Below, piece after piece: positions 58,701 to 64,000 of a stretch of DNA of 64,000 nucleotides. The stretch is from Planctomycetota bacterium (GTDB lineage Bacteria; Planctomycetota; UBA8108; SXIK01), in contig CBDCXR010000004.1 in NCBI GenBank assembly GCA_965223845.1, forward strand, positions 5,312,001-5,376,000. Reading direction: 5' to 3'. The position numbers and the translations under genes were made by a program. Position 1 is the stretch's first letter. Each line of letters starts with the position of its first letter. Below the pieces are notes generated by a model that did no database searches, was not told the origin of the DNA, and worked only from the letters and a program-made list of their open reading frames with translations.

Positions 58701-59981
58701 CTCCAGCTCGTCGTGAAAGCGAAAGTCATCGTAGTTGATGTGTCCCCACGCACCCGAGTGCTCGTCGACGACGCGAACGACGATGTTCTTGCCGACGTGC
58801 GCGCGTAGATCGGCGACCACGAGCTCGAGGTTTTCGTTTTGCGGGCCCGAAGCGGAGAAGATCGCGTCGCCCGACTCGACGGCGACGAGATCGACTCGCG
58901 TCTCGCGATGGTTTCCGCCGCCGACGAGAAAGCTCGCGTAGGGATGGGTCACCTCGAACGCAGCTGACTCGAGGACCCCGGTCGGGTCGTCGCCGGCGAA
59001 CTCGTATCCGCCGAGCCAAAACTCGCCGTCGTGGTCGCTTGCCTGACCCGGACGCCGGGGAGCGACCGTGTCGCCCTTCACGGGCTGGCGCGTCCAGGCT
59101 TCCCCCGTTGCCGTCCAGCCGTCGAGCGTACCGGTCTCGAACCCGAGGTTGAGCGGCTCCCCCTCGGCGTCCTTCGGGACGGTGCCGGGACGCCGATTTC
59201 GTGGCTCGGATGGCGGCGTTGACGATCGCCCGGCCTGCGGCGGCGCGCTGCGGCCGAGTTGCTTCAGCTCGATCGCGCGAAACTCGATCTTCGCCGGGCC
59301 GGGACCCGAGTGAAGCTGAAGCGCGAGCTTCCCGCTCAAGTCGAGCGCGCCGGTTTCCTCGTCGACGAGAATGGATGCGCGCTCGCCGTTCAGGAAAACC
59401 TCGATGCGAGTTCCGACCGCGCGTACGCGGTAGTCGTTCCACTCGCCGCGTCGAACGAGAGCGCGATAGGCGGACGCGCCGCGAAAGGTCTGGGTCGTAC
59501 GCCGGCCGTTCGGCGAGATCGTGACGCTCGTCCCCCGTTCCGTGATCAATCCGCGGCCGTGCTCGTCGTAGATACGACCGAGCCACGTCGCGCCGTCGTC
59601 GATGTCCGCTTGGTACCCTGCGGCGCCATCCTTCCCGACTCGCTGACTGCGAATCTGCACTCCCGAGTTGGCGCTCGCGTGACCGGAAACGCGGAACTCG
59701 AAGCGGAGATCGAAGTCGTAGAGCTCACCCTCCCAAAACAGAAAGAGATTTCGCCGGAGCTGCTCACCGGCCGCGATCTCGCCGACGATGGCCCCCGCTT
59801 CGACTCGCCAGTGCGGGTCGTCGTGGTTCCATCCGGCAAAGGAACGCCCGTCGAAGATTCTCTCGTATCGTGGGCTCGACTTGTCCGTCGGAGCGTCCGG
59901 CGATCCCTGCGCGGGAAAGAACGATACAGCGAGCACGGCGAAACTGACGCAGCAGAGAACTCGGCGGTTGAGTGAAATCAT
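55710..59981 (-). CDS. PVC-type heme-binding CxxCH membrane-bound dehydrogenase with N-terminal DUF1080 domain
   Basis: DUF1080 (IFDGRSFAGW, ANSGVQIRS, GYQADI, EWNDY, LALQLH), propeller (VPAGFRLDLVAAEP...FDARGRLW; DTHETLN..WGPDGWLYG), HEAT region, CATCH, GPDL, SFMPEGL. Start uncertain (59981-60077). Confidence 0.9.
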   Translation of the reverse strand: MISLNRRVLCCVSFAVLAVSFFPAQGSPDAPTDKSSPRYERIFDGRSFAGWNHDDPHWRVEAGAIVGEIAAGEQLRRNLFLFWEGELYDFDLRFEFRVSGHASANSGVQIRSQRVGKDGAAGYQADIDDGATWLGRIYDEHGRGLITERGTSVTISPNGRRTTQTFRGASAYRALVRRGEWNDYRVRAVGTRIEVFLNGERASILVDEETGALDLSGKLALQLHSGPGPAKIEFRAIELKQLGRSAPPQAGRSSTPPSEPRNRRPGTVPKDAEGEPLNLGFETGTLDGWTATGEAWTRQPVKGDTVAPRRPGQASDHDGEFWLGGYEFAGDDPTGVLESAAFEVTHPYASFLVGGGNHRETRVDLVAVESGDAIFSASGPQNENLELVVADLRAHVGKNIVVRVVDEHSGAWGHINYDDFRFHDELEGELRALGRPRRLRANPLLTHLQRNPIGSDPTSAAERTVANAYVPAGFRLDLVAAEPRVLQPIAFTFDARGRLWIAEAFTYPQRRPEGEGQDRISILADTDGDGSFDEKKVFLAGLNLVSGLELGHGGVWIGAAPQLLFVPDADEDDVPDGAAEVVLDGWGYQDTHETLNNFAWGPDGWLYGNQGVFNASRIGIPGTPEENRVLLYAGVWRYHPTRKTFEVFAHGGSNQWGLDFDEVGELFMTHCRSYWGGGPTTHVVLRGHYWNQANARHAPFVSGTHPAGLPHLRNFLRASARYGHGEGGAGKPGSRALYGGHSHVGTMVYLGDNWPEEYRGQLFTHNLHGHQINRQVNERRGAGYETTHAGTDILFVDDPQYVAVDLDYGPDGAVYIIDWYDRQHCHSPNTESWDRATGRIYRMSYASTYAPRSVDLRQLSDLELARLQDHRNAWYARTSRRLLHERSTRRAIERDAIAALRDGLKGDRATDVLRAAWTLHGIGALRTEDFARLLASPSDDVRAWFVRLATEDPGRAERQAASLLRLAESDPSARVRLAVASYIADAPTELAWKLAAALAARAEDAGDAYLPRMVWYGIAPHVDGDLERALGLAARTRWPQLRDFVVWHAAKTETGLARLLEGLARSPSADAERRTLELVLFARRGLSPSRAPEAWAKVAGKLYAHSDPAIRDRAERVGALLSDENVLSKLRKALSVESERRGAFEVLASVADAKSVPAFLKLLDVPELRAGVLRLLARFGAAEIPGAILERFARLDDRERALALGTLIVRAPSARLLLEAVVAGRIDKKHLNSFHVRQLRNLRDGEVNTLIAKLWGTVRDTSGDVSSRLARYAKLFTEAPLWAYDGGAGKKTFDELCATCHSPNAAAAVAGNTTATPLGPDLRGSGRNGAAYFLESVLDPNAVVGEDFQLTVITTDDGSVLSGLVLAETEESVTLRTLTETVVLKAEEIAAREKEMSSFMPEGLVDDLSERELIELLKYLSSL

Positions 59982-60073
59982 GCGACGGAGCGGGGTAAGT
60001 AGTGCTGAGAACATCGACGAATCGCGTGAGGTTTCGAAGGGAACAGGAGCGTAAGAGCGGAGAGAACAGAGCC

Positions 60074-63000
60074 TCATTCCGTAGCGTCGGCTCTCTCCAC
60101 TTCGATCGCAGAGATGCGCGGGTTTTCCGTGAGCGCAATGAGCGTCACATCGAGAAACCCATCGCTCACCTCGACCGTCACAGAGTGCGTGTCCGCGATC
60201 GCGAACCCCTTGCTTGCGAAGGTGTCGTAGCCGGTGAGGACTTCGTTTCCCTCGAGCGCAACGGAGAATACCCTCGCTTTCGCACGAGCGAAATAGGATT
60301 CAACGAAGTGCAGCCGAACCGTGTAGCGCCCCGGGACGAGCGGGATCTTGTACCCGGCGCGCGCATCGTACCGCGACCAAAAGAACCGCCCTTCGGAGAA
60401 GACTGAATCCTCGTCCGTTCCCTCGATGTCCGTCGGAAGCCAGCGCCCCGCACGCGCTTCGGAAATGTCCCCGCCGAGAAAGAATCGATCGCGCGCCCAG
60501 TCGCGACCGGCGAAGGTCTCGGCGACGCCGCCGCAGTTGATTCGAAGCACCTCGCCGCGCTCGATCGTCTCGAGCGCCCAGCGCAGTTCGTCGACGTATC
60601 GCGGGGGCGACGCTCCGGACGAAGCGGGCGGAAGAGCCGCGAGGATCTGTGTGGCGTTGCGGTTTCGCTCAGTCGAGAGGCGAAACCACTCGTCCCAGAT
60701 AGAGCGCGCGAGTGCGTCCTCGGCGCGCGCGAGCTCGCGCAGCTCGGGGACGGCCACGGCGGGCGAGAACGCTCGAACGATCGACTCGGCGAGACGGAGG
60801 CGCGGGAGCGGAGCATCCGGCTCCGCCTCGACAAGGTCGCGAAGGAGCGGCACGGCCTCGCGGTCCTTCCCTTTAAGCTGGAGAAACCGGGCGGCGAAAT
60901 ACTCGGCGAGACGGATCTTGTCCGGCTCTTCCGAAGCGCGCAGATCGGCGCCGATTCCGCGCGCCATCTCCACTCGACGTTCAGAGCCGTAAGCAACCTC
61001 TACGACCGGAATGAGCGTGAGATCTGAGCTCGCACGCCTCGAGTTGAACGCTTGAATCGCGAGGACATGCTCCCCGCGAGACAGCTTCGTTGCGGGGACC
61101 TTCACGACGACGCGCTCGGTGGATGCGAGGGATCGAGACGCGGTCCCGTCGAAGGGCTGGGGTCCGGTCTGCGTCTCCCCGAGGCCGTAACGCCCGATCT
61201 CCTCGCCGTCGAGGTAGGCGATGAAGCCATCGTCGATCGACACCACGAGACGCAGCGCCTCAGCATCCTCCGCCGGATTCCACGCGAACTTCTTGCGGAC
61301 GTAGACCGTCGTGTAGCGACCGCGCATTCGCGTGAGTCGCGTCGCATCATCTCTCCCGCCGTACCCGAAGCCACTGGGCCCGAGCGGCCACTCGCTGTCG
61401 TCGAAGTCCGCGCGCGCCCATTCGAGACCGTTCGACGGTTCGCGCTCGCCGCGAAAGTAGCGCCACGAATCCCCTTCGGCGACGAGGAGCTCGGCATCCT
61501 CGAGGTAGGCATCCGCGGACGAATACGAGCGAGGAACTGCGCCGAGACGGCGCCGGAGGCGGGCGAGCTCACTGGCGCCGATCCGCGATGACGCCGGAAA
61601 CTTCTCCGCGTACTCGAGGGTAGCGAGAGCTTCGAGATCGCGCCCCTCGGCCTGAGCTTTCTTCGCCGACGCGAGCGCCCAGACATCCCGGACGAAGGGA
61701 CTGAGAAGACGGTCCGAAGAGTTCAACAGCGCGGCGTAGAGCTCGACGAACGCATCGAGATACTGCCCGAGGGTCTCGACGTCTTGAAAGCGCAGCGCCG
61801 GAGCGAGACGGACGTGAAAGTACGAGTGGCCCGGGATCAACCACGCGCCGTGAGCGTAGGCATCGATCGCAGCTCCGTACCGCTCGGTCTGCATGAGGTA
61901 GCTTCCGAGATGATGCCAGGCGTGGATGCTCTTCGGAATCCGAGCGGCGGAACAATAGAGATACCGGAGGAGTTCCTCGTCCGGGACCCCCGGCGCCCGG
62001 GAGAAGAACCCGGCGAGGAACGGATACAGCCACCACTCGTTCGGCCGAATGTTGAGCGCCCGGCGAAGGATTCGCTCGCCGACATCGAACGCGCGAAGCC
62101 CGAAGGAGATGTAAACGAGCGCTTCGAGCTCGGCGCCGGTCGGGGGTGGACCGGCGAACGCCTCATCGACGAGCGCCCGAAACGCTTCGGTATCTTGAGC
62201 GACAAGAGCCTCACGCGCGCGCGACCGGATCGAGTTCGTGTCGACGACGCTGACGAGACGAAAGAGCGATTCCCAGTCCGCCCCGTTGACTCGCCAGCGC
62301 ACGCGAAGCCAAGCGTTGAGAGCGCGAGCGACCTCGTCGCGGCAGCCGTTCTCCGTGGCGGCGCGCGCGAGCTCCGCGGGCGCCATCGTCGTGACGTCGC
62401 GCCCGAAGTAACCTCGAAAGAGCGAGTAGAACGTGTACTCTTGCGTTGCTGCGGTTTGATACGCCGCCGACTGAGTCGCTTCGTGGAGCCGGCCGACGAA
62501 CTCCGCGGTTCGCTGCTCGGCCTGGATCCGCTGCTCGATCTCGTCGGCTTGCGCGAGAAGATCCGGCGCGTCCACCGCGAGATCGCGAGCCCGGCTGACG
62601 CAATGCGCCGCCTCTTTCCAGTCGGCTGAGCCGGGTATCGCGCTGAGACGCGCGCGCTCGCAGTGAGTTCTCGCCTGGCCGATGACCGATTGAAACCGCG
62701 TGCGGATCTGATCGATTTCGTCCTGTCGCTCCTTCTCGATCCAGACGTAACCTCCCGCCCCGAGCGCGATCGCAATGGTCGCCACCGCCGCAAGCGCGAC
62801 CGTGAGCGCACGAGCCTTGCGTTCGCTGCGGGCGCGGACGCGCGACTCTGCCGCTTCGATGGCGAGGCGCTGTGCACGCTCATCGAGCGAATCTAGATAC
62901 GTTCGCATCTGACGAGCGACGGCACCGGCGGTCGGGGGGCGCTCGCGCGGCTCGATCGCGAGGCAGGCCCGCGCGAGGGCGCGAACTTCCGGGTCGGCAC

Positions 63001-64000
63001 CACACTCGTCGATCCGGGCGAGCGCGGCGTTCAATTCACCGCGGAGCGCGCGTCCGTGAACTTCGGCCGCGGTCTCGCCCTCGTAGGGCGGTGAACCGGT
63101 CAGAATCTCGCAGAGAATCGCTCCGAGCCCGAACACGTCGGAGCGCTCGTCGAGCAAATCGATCTCCCCGCGAGCCTGCTCGGGTGACATGTACGCGGGC
63201 GTACCGAGCACGCTCCCGGCGAGAGACTCCGAACCGGCGGCGCTCGATCGCGCGGTCGAGATGATGCTCAGATCCTTCGGTTTTCCGGCGCGGCGATCGT
63301 CCGCCTCTCCCCCGCGCGCGAGGACCTTCGCGAGGCCCCAGTCCATCACCTGCACCTCGCCGAACGGCCCGACCATGATGTTCGACGGCTTGAGATCCCG
63401 ATGAATCACGCCGCGCGCGTGCGCGTAGGCAAGCGGCTGACAGATCTGCTCGAAGACGCTGAGAAAGCGCGGACGCTCGCAAGCGGGACTCTCGCGCTCG
63501 TCGAGAAGGCGAGAGAGCGTCTGCCCCTTGACGAGCTTCATTGCGAAAAAAGGTCGATCGCCGCCGACGAGTCCCATCTCGTGCACCGGAACGATGCCGG
63601 GATGCTGAAGCTGCCCTCCGATCTGAGCTTCCTCGACGAAGCGGCGGACGACCTCCGGGCGCTCGTGGTGGCTTCCGAGGAGGACCTTGATGGCGATGTC
63701 GCGACCGAGGTCGACATCGCGCGCTTTGAAAACGGCGCCGACGCCGCCGCGACCGATTTCGCCATCGATCTGATACCGGCCGATCTCTCGGGGAAGCTCC
63801 GGTTCGTCCGTCGCACCGAGGGGACGGTGCACGGGCGCTCCGTCTTCTTCGATCTCGCGGAGATGAACGCGCGAGGTCGCGATCGTCTGCTCGATCACGG
63901 TGGGCGCGGGACGACTCGTGCGAGACGACCCACCGCGCTCCGAGGCATCACCCGGTTCTGGCTCGTCGACCGGAAGGGTCTCGTCGGGGGTTCCACTCAC
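60074..64000 (-). CDS. Ser/Thr protein kinase with TM helix, TPRs, a carbohydrate-binding-like beta-sandwich and a C-terminal malectin domain
   Basis: [43 protein letters not shown] at ~62740-62810; malectin RINCGG...YTVRLHFVE...RVFSVALEG...NPRISAIEV. The start is at the window edge and may lie further upstream. Confidence 0.9.
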   Translation of the reverse strand: MSGTPDETLPVDEPEPGDASERGGSSRTSRPAPTVIEQTIATSRVHLREIEEDGAPVHRPLGATDEPELPREIGRYQIDGEIGRGGVGAVFKARDVDLGRDIAIKVLLGSHHERPEVVRRFVEEAQIGGQLQHPGIVPVHEMGLVGGDRPFFAMKLVKGQTLSRLLDERESPACERPRFLSVFEQICQPLAYAHARGVIHRDLKPSNIMVGPFGEVQVMDWGLAKVLARGGEADDRRAGKPKDLSIISTARSSAAGSESLAGSVLGTPAYMSPEQARGEIDLLDERSDVFGLGAILCEILTGSPPYEGETAAEVHGRALRGELNAALARIDECGADPEVRALARACLAIEPRERPPTAGAVARQMRTYLDSLDERAQRLAIEAAESRVRARSERKARALTVALAAVATIAIALGAGGYVWIEKERQDEIDQIRTRFQSVIGQARTHCERARLSAIPGSADWKEAAHCVSRARDLAVDAPDLLAQADEIEQRIQAEQRTAEFVGRLHEATQSAAYQTAATQEYTFYSLFRGYFGRDVTTMAPAELARAATENGCRDEVARALNAWLRVRWRVNGADWESLFRLVSVVDTNSIRSRAREALVAQDTEAFRALVDEAFAGPPPTGAELEALVYISFGLRAFDVGERILRRALNIRPNEWWLYPFLAGFFSRAPGVPDEELLRYLYCSAARIPKSIHAWHHLGSYLMQTERYGAAIDAYAHGAWLIPGHSYFHVRLAPALRFQDVETLGQYLDAFVELYAALLNSSDRLLSPFVRDVWALASAKKAQAEGRDLEALATLEYAEKFPASSRIGASELARLRRRLGAVPRSYSSADAYLEDAELLVAEGDSWRYFRGEREPSNGLEWARADFDDSEWPLGPSGFGYGGRDDATRLTRMRGRYTTVYVRKKFAWNPAEDAEALRLVVSIDDGFIAYLDGEEIGRYGLGETQTGPQPFDGTASRSLASTERVVVKVPATKLSRGEHVLAIQAFNSRRASSDLTLIPVVEVAYGSERRVEMARGIGADLRASEEPDKIRLAEYFAARFLQLKGKDREAVPLLRDLVEAEPDAPLPRLRLAESIVRAFSPAVAVPELRELARAEDALARSIWDEWFRLSTERNRNATQILAALPPASSGASPPRYVDELRWALETIERGEVLRINCGGVAETFAGRDWARDRFFLGGDISEARAGRWLPTDIEGTDEDSVFSEGRFFWSRYDARAGYKIPLVPGRYTVRLHFVESYFARAKARVFSVALEGNEVLTGYDTFASKGFAIADTHSVTVEVSDGFLDVTLIALTENPRISAIEVERADATE

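Overview
High-GC bacterial DNA, most likely from a Planctomycetota genome. This is inferred from the DUF1592/DUF1552 pair, a PVC-type heme-binding CxxCH dehydrogenase, a DUF1501 remnant, a planctomycete-style C-terminal dockerin and a large Ser/Thr kinase. About 40 genes are supportable: carbohydrate enzymes (GH97 at the left edge, galM, dgoD, GH2), a thrombospondin type-3 repeat protein, an oxidoreductase-SelD fusion, a TetR-DsrE-PPOX unit with two copies of a palindromic operator, a putative nonulosonic-acid glycosylation module, an SBBP/dockerin surface protein, ilvD, a YqiJ-like/flotillin/large AAA ATPase operon, tandem YfhO-like proteins and a malectin-bearing kinase. I saw no rRNA, tRNA, CRISPR array or transposase. 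The most striking feature is non-coding. The ~1 kb gap at 41510-42538 looks like a complete minus-strand transcription unit: candidate enhancer palindrome, AT-rich IHF-like site, sigma54-type -24/-12 promoter, ~450 nt with no start codon before the terminator, and an intrinsic terminator. The predicted RNA carries 14 CCUCC anti-Shine-Dalgarno motifs and a 10-nt copy of the 16S rRNA 3' tail, and it is divergent from the flotillin/ATPase operon. All family assignments come from motif recognition by eye, not database searches.
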